Positions 35,060 to 51,306 of a stretch of 64,000 nucleotides of DNA are shown in pieces. The DNA is taken from assembly GCA_963828735.1 (NCBI GenBank), contig CAWHFW010000005.1, forward strand, positions 576,001 through 640,000, read 5' to 3'. The notes under the pieces were generated by a model that worked only from the letters and a program-made list of their open reading frames with translations, had not been told where the DNA came from and did no database searches. This DNA comes from an uncultured Gemmatimonadales bacterium (GTDB taxonomy: Bacteria > Gemmatimonadota > Gemmatimonadetes > Gemmatimonadales > GWC2-71-9). The position numbers and the translations under genes are program-made. The stretch's first letter is position 1. Each line of letters opens with the position of its first letter.

Positions 35060-36541
35060 TTAGGACCGGATGTCCACGTACGTCGCGCGCCGCAAGCGAT
35101 CGATGTAGCGCCGAATCGCGAGCTGCTGGCCCAGCTGCTCCCGGATGCGATCGCGGACGTCCTCGTAGCGGATGTCGCCCGGCGGCCGGCGCCCGATGAC
35201 CTGGACCACCACGAACTGGCTTCGTGAGCCGGCGCCCGGGAGCTCGAAGACCGGAGCGACCGACCCTGAATCCGCATCGCCAAGGGCCTTGGTGTACGCC
35301 TCGGGCACCTTGTCCACGGGGACGTTGTCCGCCTGTCGTTCGGCCGACGGGTCATGGTAGCGGCGCTGGAGCGAGTCGAAGGAGGCTCCGCGCATCACCA
35401 GCCGGCGCACCGAGTCCGCCAGGGTGCGGGCGCTGTCCACGTGCAGCGAATCGATATCCGGGATGAGCAGGATGTGCCGCGCCTGCACCTCGCCGGGCTG
35501 GACCCGCTCGACCTGGATGATGTGGAACCCGAAGGGCGATTCGACCGGATCCGAGATGGTTCCCGGGCGGAGGCCGAACGCTACTCGCTCGAACTCCGGC
35601 ACCATCACACCGCGCCGGAACCAGTTCAGCGACCCGCCCTGATCCTTCGAGCCCGGGTCCTGCGAGAAGCGCTTCGCCGCCGTGGCGAAGTCGGCGCCGC
35701 GGCGAAGCTCCAGGACGATCGAATCGGCCTGGGCCTTGGTCCGCGCCTTGGCCCCCGGGCTCGGGCGCGGGGCGATCACGATCTGACGGAACGAGATCGT
35801 CGCGGGCCGGGAGCCAAGATTGGCTTTCTGCTCGTCGAAGTACTCCCGCATCTCCGGCTCGGTGGGTGGGACCGCCTTCAGCTTCCCGTCCGACCGCAGC
35901 TTGTCGATGAGCCGATTCTGGAAGGCCGCGCGACGCTGCTGGTCGGTGAGCCAGCGGCGGTATTCCTCGGGCGTCTGAAAGCCCGCCTTCTTGAGCTCGT
36001 TCTTGTAGTCCAACTCGGACTGGAAGTTCGACCGGACCTTCTTCACCTGCTGCTCGACGCCGTCCGCGATCTCCTGGTCGGTCACCTTGATCGCGGTGTC
36101 CCGCTGCGCCTGTTGCACCAGCAGCTCCTCGTCCACGATCGAGCCGATGACCTGCTTGCGGATCGCCTCCAGCGAGTCGGGATCGTTGGGGACCTGCTGT
36201 CCCTGCGACTGGCGCGAGAAGATCTCCTCTTCCACCTGCGAGGCCAGCACCGGCCGATTCCCGACCACCGCGACGACGCGGTCCACCACCACCGCGGTGT
36301 CCGGCATCATCGCCATGGCGGGCGGATTCGCGCCCTCCGCCGCGGCCGATGTCGTGTCGGGCGCCGCCGCTGGCACCCGTGACTGCGGCGGCGCGAGCGG
36401 CGCCGAATCCGCCGGCGCCACCAAGGGCGCCGGCCGGGTGATGCCGGTCGTGTCCTGCGCCGCGAGCCGCGCGCCCACTGCGGGCCCGATCAGGGCCAGC
36501 CCGAGGAGCGCCCGGCCTACGCGGGTCCTGCCACCGATCAT
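35060..36541 (-). CDS. surA: SurA-like peptidyl-prolyl isomerase
   Basis: Signal peptide, VDRVVAVV SurA N-domain, parvulin motifs (SQDPGS, GGSL, GFHII, ARHIL); adjacent to pdxA. Confidence 0.8.
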   Translation of the reverse strand: MIGGRTRVGRALLGLALIGPAVGARLAAQDTTGITRPAPLVAPADSAPLAPPQSRVPAAAPDTTSAAAEGANPPAMAMMPDTAVVVDRVVAVVGNRPVLASQVEEEIFSRQSQGQQVPNDPDSLEAIRKQVIGSIVDEELLVQQAQRDTAIKVTDQEIADGVEQQVKKVRSNFQSELDYKNELKKAGFQTPEEYRRWLTDQQRRAAFQNRLIDKLRSDGKLKAVPPTEPEMREYFDEQKANLGSRPATISFRQIVIAPRPSPGAKARTKAQADSIVLELRRGADFATAAKRFSQDPGSKDQGGSLNWFRRGVMVPEFERVAFGLRPGTISDPVESPFGFHIIQVERVQPGEVQARHILLIPDIDSLHVDSARTLADSVRRLVMRGASFDSLQRRYHDPSAERQADNVPVDKVPEAYTKALGDADSGSVAPVFELPGAGSRSQFVVVQVIGRRPPGDIRYEDVRDRIREQLGQQLAIRRYIDRLRRATYVDIRS

Positions 36542-38043
36542 GGGCGCTTCGCTCCCGGGGCGGCCGGCGGCGGCGGCGCGGGCGCGGACGCACCAGGCGC
36601 GGCTCCCGGAGCCGGCTGCATGCCTGGCACCGGCGGCGGTCCGGGCGCCCGCTGCATCGGTCCCTTGGGCGCGCTCGAGTCCGCCTTGGCCTTGGCTTCC
36701 GCGGCGAGCTCGACCGCGCGAGCCACGCCCGCCTCGTGAACGGTGTAGGGCAGCCGTTCACGCAGGAGCGTCGCGAGCGCGGACGGGAGCGGCCGCAGGT
36801 GGGTCTTCCCGGCGATCAGGTCGTCGAAGTAGTGCTCGACCTTGAGGCCCGCCACCTTCTCACGCTCGCCGACGGCCACGCCGGAATCGGTGATGTCGCC
36901 GTCCTGCAGCCCCATCTCCAGCCGTAGCGTGTCGAGCTGGTCCTGGTAGCGCCGCTTCAGGGTGGCCCACTCGAGCGAGGTGATCTGGATCTTGTTCTGA
37001 TCGGCTTCGCGCAGGAGCAGCACGTTCTGCGTGAGGATGCGGGCGAAGCGGTTCAGCGTCGAGTCGCTCGCCTCGCGAAGCTGCTGCGAGTACTGAGGCG
37101 GCAGGGCGCGCACCCAGCGAAGGTAGTCCTTCACCGTGAGCTCGCCGCCAGTGAACTTCACCAGCGTCTTGGTCGACTTCCGACTCTCGTCCGGCGACTC
37201 GGCCGCCGCGCGCATCGCGACCGGCGCGCCGCTCACGACCTGGATCTTGTTCGCCGTGGCGAGGCTGTCCATGTAGAGCGAATCGAGATGCGCGCCGGCG
37301 CGCTCCTCGAGATAGTTGACGATGTGGCCGTGCGCCTCTTCCAGCGAGGGGCGCTTGATGATGTGGTAGCCGAAAGGCGTCTCCACCAGCCCGCTCACCT
37401 GCCCCGGCTGAAGCAGCCAGCCCACGCTGTCGAACGCCGGCACGAACCGGCCCTTGGGGCTCGGCGGGAGGTACCCGCTGTCGGCCCGGCTACCGGGATC
37501 CTCGGAAAGCGTCGCGGCGAGCTGGTCGAAGCTCGCGCCCTTCTTGATCTGCGCGAGCGTGGCCTCGGCCTTCTTCTTGACCGCGGTGCGTTGCGTCGCA
37601 TCGATGTTGGGCCGGGCGCCGAACAGGATGTGCTGGAGCAGCCGGGTGTCGGCCGACTTGTAGACGCTGTCCACCGCCGCGTCGCTGATCGATGTCCGGT
37701 GCGCCATCAGCGTGTCGTGCCAATGAGTTCCCTTGAGCTCGGAGATCTCCGGCCAGACCGCTTCGGCCACGCTGGCCGAGTCGAGCGGCAGCTGGCCATG
37801 CACCACGGCCTGGCCGAGCAACGCGTAATCCACCCAGACGTTCGCGACGTAGTCGGCGGTCTCGGTGTTGATCTTGACCCCCTTCCCGCCGGAGCTCAGA
37901 ATCTGCGCGAGCCGTTGCGCGGGAAGCTGCTGGCTGCCGGCCTCCGCGGCCACGTCGGCATGCGCCGAGAACAGGTCGCGGAACGAGTTACAGCCGACCA
38001 GGCCGGTCGCCAGGACCGCCATGAGGATCACGTTGCGTCGCAT
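36538..38043 (-). CDS. PpiC-type peptidyl-prolyl isomerase lipoprotein
   Basis: Lipobox LVGC; QHIL, SEDPGS, VETPFGYHII. Confidence 0.85.
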   Translation of the reverse strand: MRRNVILMAVLATGLVGCNSFRDLFSAHADVAAEAGSQQLPAQRLAQILSSGGKGVKINTETADYVANVWVDYALLGQAVVHGQLPLDSASVAEAVWPEISELKGTHWHDTLMAHRTSISDAAVDSVYKSADTRLLQHILFGARPNIDATQRTAVKKKAEATLAQIKKGASFDQLAATLSEDPGSRADSGYLPPSPKGRFVPAFDSVGWLLQPGQVSGLVETPFGYHIIKRPSLEEAHGHIVNYLEERAGAHLDSLYMDSLATANKIQVVSGAPVAMRAAAESPDESRKSTKTLVKFTGGELTVKDYLRWVRALPPQYSQQLREASDSTLNRFARILTQNVLLLREADQNKIQITSLEWATLKRRYQDQLDTLRLEMGLQDGDITDSGVAVGEREKVAGLKVEHYFDDLIAGKTHLRPLPSALATLLRERLPYTVHEAGVARAVELAAEAKAKADSSAPKGPMQRAPGPPPVPGMQPAPGAAPGASAPAPPPPAAPGAKRP

Positions 38044-38060
38044 GACATCTCCAAAAAGGG

Positions 38061-41425
<3,365 letters not shown>

Positions 41426-41429
<4 letters not shown>

Positions 41430-43213
41430 CGGGCTTGCCGCCTCCAGACGCTCGCGAGCGCGGTCTCGGCCAGCGCGAACAACAGCGCCGCCCAGAGCAG
41501 CGGGCCGCGGAGGTCGCCGCGCGCGGCGCCGGTGAACACCGCGTCCCCCATGTCGTCCAGCGACACGAGACGCGCCTGGTTCCAGAGTCGCCGCACCTGG
41601 GCGTCGGTGGCGGGGGCGAGCAACGATTCGCGCGGATCGATGTTGGCTGTGATCGCCCCGACGGTGTCGTCGCCCGAGACGAGGAAGTAGGCGCCGGGCT
41701 CGCCCGGCCGGAACACGCCGCCGCCCTCCACCCGCCAGTCCCGCTCGCCCTGGCGGACGTCCGAGACGAGGTCGGGCAGCGGCACGGGATCGCCCGGCGC
41801 GCCGTCCTCCAGCGACACCTCGCCGCGCGCCAGCCGGTTCACCAACGCGTCCATGAACGGCATGAACCCGGCGTGGATCGGCAGGTCGGTCCACGCCGGA
41901 TCCAGGCGACTTCCGAGGAGCACCACGTTGCCGCTGCGGACCAGCCAGGGCGAGCCGTTCACGGTGGCGAGCACACCGGTGCGGCCGCTCTGCCCGGTCT
42001 GCAGCTCGTACCTCCGAAGCACGCGCACGCGGCCGACCAGGATGCCGCTGTCGGTCGTCGCGGGCTCGATCCGGGGCGCGCCATATCGCCAGGAAACGCC
42101 GCGGGCCGCGAGCGCCCGATTGAGCGCGCCCAGCTCCGCGGGATCCTCCGGCGGCTGGACGATCGAGCTCCCGCGCCCGAGACGGCCGAGCGTCACGTCA
42201 CGACCGCGGGAGATGCGGCGGTTCGACTCGAGCACCTCGCAGGCGGCGGCGATGAACCGGCTTGCCGAATCCCAGTCCACGCGCGCGACGGGCGCCACCC
42301 GGACCACCCCGACGCGCCGGTCGTCCAGTCGGAGCTCATCGGGATCGAGCTCCGCATCGGCGCTCCACCAGCCCGGCCCGACGCCGGGCATCGCCAGCAC
42401 CGCGGCACCGCCCACTCGGGCGAGCGCCTGGCGCGGCGGCCGCGTGCCGAGTCGGGCCGTCACGGGCGTCCCCTCGCCGGAATCGCCGACCAGCGAGACC
42501 GTGAGGCGCCCGCCGTCGCCACCCCACGGCTGCGGTCCGGTCTCGAGCCGGGCGATCCCGACGTTTCGCGGTGGGGGCTGGTCGGGCCGCCCCACGACGA
42601 GCGGCAGGTGGAGGTCGGCCGGCGAGACCGCGCTCGCCTGCAGATCGGTGAGCAGCGCGATCTCGCCCGGGCGCGACTCACCAGCGAGCACCTCCGCCGC
42701 CAGTCCGAGCGCCGCGCCCAGGTCGAGCCGGCGCGAGCTCAGCGGCAGCGTGGCCACTTGATCGAGCAGCGTCTGCCGGCCCCCGCGTCGGGGAACGCCG
42801 TCGGCGGCCAGCAGCCAGAGCGCGTCGTCGGGCGTCGCGCGGTCGAGCACCCGACGGGCCGCGGCCTGCAGCTCCGCCAGACGCGCCGTCCCCGCGACGA
42901 CGACGCCGCTGCTGGGCGAGTTGTCGACCACGAGCACCAGCGCGCTCGGTGCATGCCCGGCGATCCCGCGTCGCGGCAGCGTCGGTCCGGCCGCGGCCAG
43001 CACGAGCGCGACGATGAGCAGCGTGCGGAACAGCAACAGGAGCAGATGTTGGAGCTTGAGCCGGCGCTGGTGCTCCTGGGTGGTCGTGATCAGGTAGCGC
43101 ACCGCGGGAAAGACGACGGTCGGCGGCTCCCGCCGCGCCAGCAGATGGAGCAGCAGCGGAATCGCGGCGGCGGCGAGCCCGACGAGCGCCCAGGGCTGAA
43201 GGAACGCGATCAT
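41426..43213 (-). CDS. BatA domain / vWA membrane protein
   Basis: AIPLLLHLL BatA N-terminus, DNSPS MIDAS-like motif, C-terminal TM. Confidence 0.85.
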
Positions 43214-44136
43214 GCCGTTCTGGAGGATGGTGCGAGCGCTTCGCGCAGCACGATGCCGTACGGCGTGTCCGTCGTCACCCGGTGGTAGGCGATGCCGTGG
43301 CGCCGGCACGCGAGCCGCCACTCCTTCACGACCGCGCGCACGGTCTCCTGATAGGGCGCGGCCCAGTCGCGCGGGCGAAGGACGACTGCGGCGCGCGACT
43401 CGGGGTCCTCGAACCGCGCCTCCGTCGGCCCGCCGAGCGCCACTTCGCCGGGGTCCATCACGTGGAGCACCAGCACCTGGTGCCCGCGATGGCGCAGGAA
43501 GCGGAGCGCCTTGAGCGCCAGCTCGCGGTCGAACAGCAGGTCGGAGACGAATACGACGAGCCCGCGCCGGCGAAGCTGGTGCACCACGCGCCGGAGGGCC
43601 GGCTCCGCGGCCGTTCCGAGGCCCGCCTCCAGGGCCCCCAGCGTCCCGAGCAGCTGCCGCCAGTGGCTCAAGCGCGCGCGAGGCGGCAGCACGGTCCTGA
43701 CGTCGTCGTCGAACGTGATGAGGCCCGTCGCGTCGCGTTGGCGCAGCAGGATCAGGGAGAGCGCGGCGATGAGCCGCTGCGCGTAGGCGAGCTTCGGCAG
43801 CACGGTGTCCGGGCTGCCGGTCCAGGCCATCGAGCGACTGGCATCACACACCACCATGGCGCGGAGGTTGGTCTCCTCCTCGAACTGCTTGACGTACAGG
43901 CGGTCGTTGCGGCCGAGGATCTTCCAGTCCACGTAGCGGAGCTCATCGCCAGGCTGATACATCCGGTGCTCGGCGAACTCGACGGAAAACCCTCTTCTGG
44001 GCGATCGGTGGAGGCCGGACAGAAAGCCTTCGACGACCCCTTCGGTAATGACTTCCAGCCCGCCCAGCTTGGAGACCTCGAAAGGGTCGAGCAGGTCGAG
44101 TCGGGGGCGGTTCTGGACTGCAGCGGGGCGGTTCAT
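43210..44136 (-). CDS. DUF58 family protein
   Basis: GLHRSPRRGFSVEFAEHR, YVDWK, VKQFEEE. Confidence 0.92.
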   Translation of the reverse strand: MNRPAAVQNRPRLDLLDPFEVSKLGGLEVITEGVVEGFLSGLHRSPRRGFSVEFAEHRMYQPGDELRYVDWKILGRNDRLYVKQFEEETNLRAMVVCDASRSMAWTGSPDTVLPKLAYAQRLIAALSLILLRQRDATGLITFDDDVRTVLPPRARLSHWRQLLGTLGALEAGLGTAAEPALRRVVHQLRRRGLVVFVSDLLFDRELALKALRFLRHRGHQVLVLHVMDPGEVALGGPTEARFEDPESRAAVVLRPRDWAAPYQETVRAVVKEWRLACRRHGIAYHRVTTDTPYGIVLREALAPSSRTA

Positions 44137-44401
44137 GCAGGCGTGAATCGTAGGGGAGTGGGGAGGCGGAGGCAATCGGGAAGACCCTCCTCCAAGGCTC
44201 CCTGAAGCTCGAGCATCGAGCTGGCGAGCGGCGCGTTTCCCCGGTGAGGCAGCAGCGTCCAGTGGATAGGACGGCCGGCCCGGTCGCGCCTCCAGCTCCC
44301 CATCGCGAAGGCTTTATGTGCACCCATCTTATGTCGACACCCCATCCTGGCACACCGCCTGCTGAGAACGGACCGATTGCTTCGAGCACATCGGAGGCTT
44401 G

Positions 44402-45478
44402 ATGCTCGTCACGCTGGGATGGGCGCTGCTGGCCGGCGTCCCCCCCACCCGAACCCCCGCACAGCTGGACCTCTCTCCTCCCGCCCACGTTTCGGCGGCG
44501 GGTCGAGTCGCGGTCTGGACCGATCGTGACGCGCCGTACGCCCGCGGCGAAGGGGCGGAGGTCTACCTCCGCGTGGACGAGTCATCGTATGTCGCCGTAT
44601 TTCGGGTGGACACGGACGGCAGGGTCCGCGTCTTGTTCCCGCAGGAGCCGTGGGCCGACGCCTATGTGCGCCCGGGACGCGATCTCGAAGTCACCGGGCA
44701 ACGCGACGGTCGCGCCTTCCTCGTCGATGACGATCCCGGCATGGGGTACCTCTTCGCCATCGCCTCCGCCGACCCGCTCGACTTCCGCGACATCACCCGG
44801 GGTGACTACTGGGACTATCGTCTGATCGACGGCGGACGAATTCAGGGCGATCCCTACGTCCGGCTCACCGACCTGGCGGCGCGGCTCGCGCCAGCCGGCC
44901 ACTACGACTACGACATTGCGCCGTACTACGTCGACCACCACTACGACTACCCACGCTTCGTCTGCTACGACTGTCACGCCTACGCCAGCTACCGCGACTG
45001 GGACCCCTACCGCTCCTCGTGCACCCGCTACCGCGTGGTGATCCGGGACGATCCCCGGTATTACCCCTACCGCTATGGCGGCCGCAACGTCATCGCGGAC
45101 CGGCTCGCCCACCCCGGTCCCCGGTACGTCTTCCGGGATGCGGATCCGCGACTCCCCGCGGTGACCCGTGGGGCGCTCGAGCGGCGCGGGAAGGAGGACG
45201 AGCCGGGTCGCACCAGCGACGACATCGGCGGACGCGGGTCGGTGCCGGCGCCCAGGGTCCAGGCGTTGCGTCGGCCCGAGGCCGACGTCGCGCCCCAGCT
45301 CTCGCCGGTACGGCCGCTCCTCGACGAGCGGCGCCGGGCGGAGCGCCGGCGCGAGGCCCAGCCGCAGGGCTCCCGCCAGGGCAACGACAGCTCGCGCGAC
45401 GTGCCCGACGGCCTGCGCCCGTCGACCTCGGAGCCCCGGAGCACGGGAGAGCCCGAGCTGCGCCGCCGGCGCCCCTGA
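44402..45478 (+). CDS. Secreted DUF4384-like protein
   Basis: Signal peptide; YVAVFRVDTDGRVRVLFP; CYDC; disordered tail. Confidence 0.75.
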   Translation: MLVTLGWALLAGVPPTRTPAQLDLSPPAHVSAAGRVAVWTDRDAPYARGEGAEVYLRVDESSYVAVFRVDTDGRVRVLFPQEPWADAYVRPGRDLEVTGQRDGRAFLVDDDPGMGYLFAIASADPLDFRDITRGDYWDYRLIDGGRIQGDPYVRLTDLAARLAPAGHYDYDIAPYYVDHHYDYPRFVCYDCHAYASYRDWDPYRSSCTRYRVVIRDDPRYYPYRYGGRNVIADRLAHPGPRYVFRDADPRLPAVTRGALERRGKEDEPGRTSDDIGGRGSVPAPRVQALRRPEADVAPQLSPVRPLLDERRRAERRREAQPQGSRQGNDSSRDVPDGLRPSTSEPRSTGEPELRRRRP

Positions 45479-45545
45479 GCGAGCGCACCCCGCTATAATC
45501 CGCCGGCGTTCGTTCGCCGGCATCCTCCACCAGGACCGTCCCCAT

Positions 45546-47060
45546 ATGCGTCGTCTCGTCCTCGCCGGCCTCGTCCTCGTGACGAGGCCCGCCGCGGCCC
45601 AAACCTCGGCCCCTGCCGACAAGGCCGCCGCGTCCATCACGCCCGCCGATGTCGCCCGCCGCATCGGCATCATCGCGGACGACTCGATGCTGGGCCGCGA
45701 CACGCCGAGCCGGGGACTCGAGCTCACGGCCAAGTACGTCGCGGACCAGTTCCGCGCCTTCGGGCTGCGCCCCGCCGGCGACAGCGGGACGTTCCTGCAG
45801 CGTTATCCGATCACCCGGCGTCGGTTCGAGGCGGCGGACTCCCGCGTCACGCTCAAGGCCGGCGGGATCGCGGCGGAGGCGCGGTTCGATCGCAGCGCGC
45901 GCTTCCTCCAGGGAACGGTGCCGCCCAATCCGGTCACGGGCCCGGTAGTGCTGGTGGGCGGGAACCTCGACCCCGACGCCGTGAGCCGCATGGCCCTGCG
46001 CGGGAAGGTGGTGCTGTATCCGATCGATCCCGCCTCCGCGTCCGACCGCACCACTCAGGTGACGCGCGCGCTTCGGCTCGCCGGGCCGAGCGCGGTCGTC
46101 CTGCTCGCCGATCTTCCGGCTGAAAGCTACGGCGCCCGACTCCCGAATACGTCGGTCGCGCGGACCGCCGTCGACCTCGGGCTCGTGAGTCCGCCGATCG
46201 TCGAGGTGAACCAGCCGGCGGTGGCGTCCGCGCTGCGCGCGGCGAGCGTGGATCCGGCGGCGGTCCGCGCCGCCCCGGGCCCCGTCTATCGCGAGCTGAG
46301 CGGGCTCAAGGCCACCGTCGCGCTCAAGGATTCCGTCCTGCACACGCTCACCGCCCCGAACACGGTCGGCATCGTCGAGGGCAGCGACCCGGCGCTCCGC
46401 GAAGAGTACCTGGTTTTCTCGGCGCACATGGATCACATCGGCATCACCCCGGGGCTGGCCGACAGCGTGAACAACGGCGCCGACGACGATGGCTCGGGCA
46501 CGGCCGGCGTCATGGAGCTGGCCGAGGCCTTCAGCCGGCCCGGCGCACGCCCGAAGCGCTCGATCATCTTCCTGACGGTGAGCGGCGAGGAGAAGGGGCT
46601 TTGGGGCAGCCGCTATTTCAGCGAGCACACGCCGGTGCCGTTGGACCACATCGTGGCCGACCTCAACATCGACATGATCGGCCGCAACTGGCGCGACACG
46701 ATCGTAGCGATCGGAAAGGAGCACTCCGACCTCGGCACGACGCTCTCGCGGGTCAACCGGGCCCATCCCGAGCTCCACATGACCGCGATCGACGACCGGT
46801 GGCCGGAGGAACACTTCTACTTCCGCTCCGATCACTACAACTTCGCCCGCAAGGGCGTGCCAATTCTCTTTTTCTTCAACGGCGTGCATCCGGATTATCA
46901 CCAGGTCACGGATTCACCCGACAAGATCGACTCCGAGAAGGAGTCGCGGATTCTCCGCCTCCTGTACTATCTGGGCCGCGAGGTCGGGAACGATCCCCAG
47001 CGACCCAAGTGGAATCCCGAGAGCTATCGGGAGATCGTGGACGCAGCGGCCGGTCATTGA
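45546..47060 (+). CDS. M28 family peptidase
   Basis: SAHMDH, NGADDDGSG, GEEKGL, NIDMIGR, RSDH, DYH. Confidence 0.93.
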   Translation: MRRLVLAGLVLVTRPAAAQTSAPADKAAASITPADVARRIGIIADDSMLGRDTPSRGLELTAKYVADQFRAFGLRPAGDSGTFLQRYPITRRRFEAADSRVTLKAGGIAAEARFDRSARFLQGTVPPNPVTGPVVLVGGNLDPDAVSRMALRGKVVLYPIDPASASDRTTQVTRALRLAGPSAVVLLADLPAESYGARLPNTSVARTAVDLGLVSPPIVEVNQPAVASALRAASVDPAAVRAAPGPVYRELSGLKATVALKDSVLHTLTAPNTVGIVEGSDPALREEYLVFSAHMDHIGITPGLADSVNNGADDDGSGTAGVMELAEAFSRPGARPKRSIIFLTVSGEEKGLWGSRYFSEHTPVPLDHIVADLNIDMIGRNWRDTIVAIGKEHSDLGTTLSRVNRAHPELHMTAIDDRWPEEHFYFRSDHYNFARKGVPILFFFNGVHPDYHQVTDSPDKIDSEKESRILRLLYYLGREVGNDPQRPKWNPESYREIVDAAAGH

Positions 47061-47088
47061 GCGTTGGCGCCGTGGTATATTGGGCGCC

Positions 47089-47433
47089 ATGGCGGACACC
47101 ATCGCGGATTTCAATGCCTTCCGCACCCGGATGAACGACCTCATCCTGGGCGCGGGCAACCTCACGATCAGCCGATTCTTCGCGCTCGACAACCGGACCT
47201 ACGAGCCGGGCGCGCTGGGTACCAAGACGAAGGAGATGCTGGGGCTCGTGTCGTCGCTCGTGCTCCGCTGCGACGACTGCGTGACCTACCACGTGCTGCG
47301 CTGCCATGAGGAAGGAGTCACGCGCGAGGAGTTCCTGGAGATCTTTTCGGTCGGATTGGTGGTGGGCGGGAGCATCGTGATTCCGCATTTGCGGCGAGCC
47401 TTGGCGCGGCTCGAGGAGTTGGAAGCGAAGTAG
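47089..47433 (+). CDS. Carboxymuconolactone decarboxylase/AhpD family protein
   Basis: KTKEMLGL...RCDDCVTYH. Confidence 0.9.
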   Translation: MADTIADFNAFRTRMNDLILGAGNLTISRFFALDNRTYEPGALGTKTKEMLGLVSSLVLRCDDCVTYHVLRCHEEGVTREEFLEIFSVGLVVGGSIVIPHLRRALARLEELEAK

Positions 47434-47441
47434 ATCTCGGA

Positions 47442-48371
47442 CTACCAGCGCGTCAGCAACACCCCCGCAATGATGAGCACCGCCCCCACCGCCTGCGACG
47501 GGCGCCCGTGCTCGCCCAGCATGATCCACGCGGCGCCGCCGGCTACCAGGGGCGTCACGCACATGTAGATGGCCGTTCTGGTGCCGCCGACGGTCTTCAC
47601 GCTCCGGTTCCACAGGATGTACGCGAGGACGAGCGAGAGAAGCGTCGCGTAGGCCAAGGCAGTCCACGCCATCGCAGGGATCGAGCCCCACTCCAGCCGA
47701 ATCAGGTCGGGCAGGCCGACGAGGACCAGTCCGGGCATGCCCGCAATGGTCGTGATCATCGTGATCCGAAGCGGGCTGACGCCCGCCGGCACGTCACGGA
47801 GGCCGACCGTATAGCCGGCCCAGCATAGCACGGCGACGACGGAGAGGAGATCGCCGTGGAGCGTGCTGGCTGAGAACTCGATGCCGCCGGCCGCGATCAC
47901 GAGCACGACGCCAAGCGTACCGAGGCCGATGCCCCACCACATCCGCGTCGTGACGCGCTCGAGGCCCAGCACGCCGGCGAACACCGCCACGACGGTCGGC
48001 ACCGTCGCGATGATCAGCGAGCTGTTGGTTGCCGTCGTGTGGGCCAGCCCGAGAATGAAGGCGAGCTGATAGAAGGTGTTCCCGATGACACCCAGGATGA
48101 TGAGGCGCCTCAAGGCGGGCGCCGGCAGCCGCATCGGCCCCTCCGACATGCGGAGCACGAGCCAGAGCAGCACGCTCGCGATGGTGAACCGGATCGCGGT
48201 GAACGCCAGGGCCGGAATCTGCGCGATGGCGAGCTTCATCACGCTGAAGTTGACGCCCCAGATGAGGCAGACGAGGAGCATGCCGGCGTCGGCGGCCGAG
48301 GGGCGGCCGGCGGGACGATCAGCCGGCTGGGCGACCGGGCGATCGGCTCGTTCGGTGTGTGGGCGGGTCAC
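47442..48371 (-). CDS. EamA/DMT transporter
   Basis: IWGVNF, two EamA repeats, LGE. Confidence 0.88.
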   Translation of the reverse strand: MTRPHTERADRPVAQPADRPAGRPSAADAGMLLVCLIWGVNFSVMKLAIAQIPALAFTAIRFTIASVLLWLVLRMSEGPMRLPAPALRRLIILGVIGNTFYQLAFILGLAHTTATNSSLIIATVPTVVAVFAGVLGLERVTTRMWWGIGLGTLGVVLVIAAGGIEFSASTLHGDLLSVVAVLCWAGYTVGLRDVPAGVSPLRITMITTIAGMPGLVLVGLPDLIRLEWGSIPAMAWTALAYATLLSLVLAYILWNRSVKTVGGTRTAIYMCVTPLVAGGAAWIMLGEHGRPSQAVGAVLIIAGVLLTRW

Positions 48372-48472
48372 GGCATAAAGAGTAACATCCGACCCCGGAA
48401 TTTCTGACGCCTCGCCATCCCATGGACCGATCGTTCGGCCGCCCGACCGTCCGACCGCGCTATATTCTGGCC

Positions 48473-50271
<1,799 letters not shown>

Positions 50272-50272
<1 letters not shown>

Positions 50273-51306
50273 TGGACGGATCGTCCGGCCGTCCGACCGT
50301 CCTCGTCATCCAGACCGCCTTCCTCGGCGACGTGGTGCTCACCACGCCGCTGCTGACCGCGCTCGCCGCGAGGCACGGGCCGGTGGACGTCGTGACGACG
50401 CCCGCCGCCGCCGCGCTGCTCGAGACGCATCCTGGCGTGGCGACCGTGATCCGGTACGACAAGCGCGGCGCCGACCGGGGACTGCGCGGTGTCGTACGGC
50501 TGGGGCGGCGGCTCCGGGCCCGACGCTACCTTCGGGCGTACCTGCCGCATCGGTCGTGGCGGTCGGCGACGCTCGCGATGCTCTCGGGCGCCGGCGAGCG
50601 GGTAGGCTTCGCGGACAGCCCCGCGGCTGCCGCCTACACCCGCCGCGTCCCGCGACCGTCCGGCGGACACGAGGTCGAGCGCCTGCTGGCCTTGGCCGGC
50701 GGGGACGGCGGGGCGCCCCCGGTGCGAATCGGCCTCACCGCAGACGATCGCGCCCTGGCCGACGCCTGGCTTCGGGAGCGCGGGGTATCGCCGGGCTTCG
50801 TCGCCGTGGCGCCCGGATCGATCTGGGGCACCAAGCGATGGCCGGGCTACGCCGAGCTCGCGGCGTCGCTGGAGTCCCCGATCGTGGTCGTGGGAAGCCG
50901 GGAGGACGCTGCACTGGCCGAGGCCGTCGCGGCCGCCGCACCGGGCCGAGCGCACAGCGCGGCGGGCGCGCTGGGCCTGCGCGCTTCCGCGGCGCTCATC
51001 GAGCGGGCGGCCGTGCTCGTCACCAACGACTCGGCTCCGCTGCACCTCGCGACCGCGGTGGGCACCCCGATCGTGGCCGTGTTCGGGCCGACCGTGCCCG
51101 CCTTCGGATTCGGTCCGCGCGGGCCGCGGGACCGCGTGGTGGAGAACTCATCGCTCGCGTGCCGGCCGTGTTCGGCGCACGGGCCGCAGACGTGCCCACT
51201 GGGTCATCACCGCTGCATGCAAGAGCTGTCGGTCGAGTCCGTCGCGTCGGCGGTGGCCGCCGTCGCAGGCGTGGAGGCGCATCGTGCGATTCGTACTCGG
51301 GATTGA
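50272..51306 (+). CDS. waaF: LPS heptosyltransferase II (GT9)
   Basis: IQTAFLGDVVLTTP, APGSIWGTKRWP, VTNDSAPLHLA, FGPT. Confidence 0.88.
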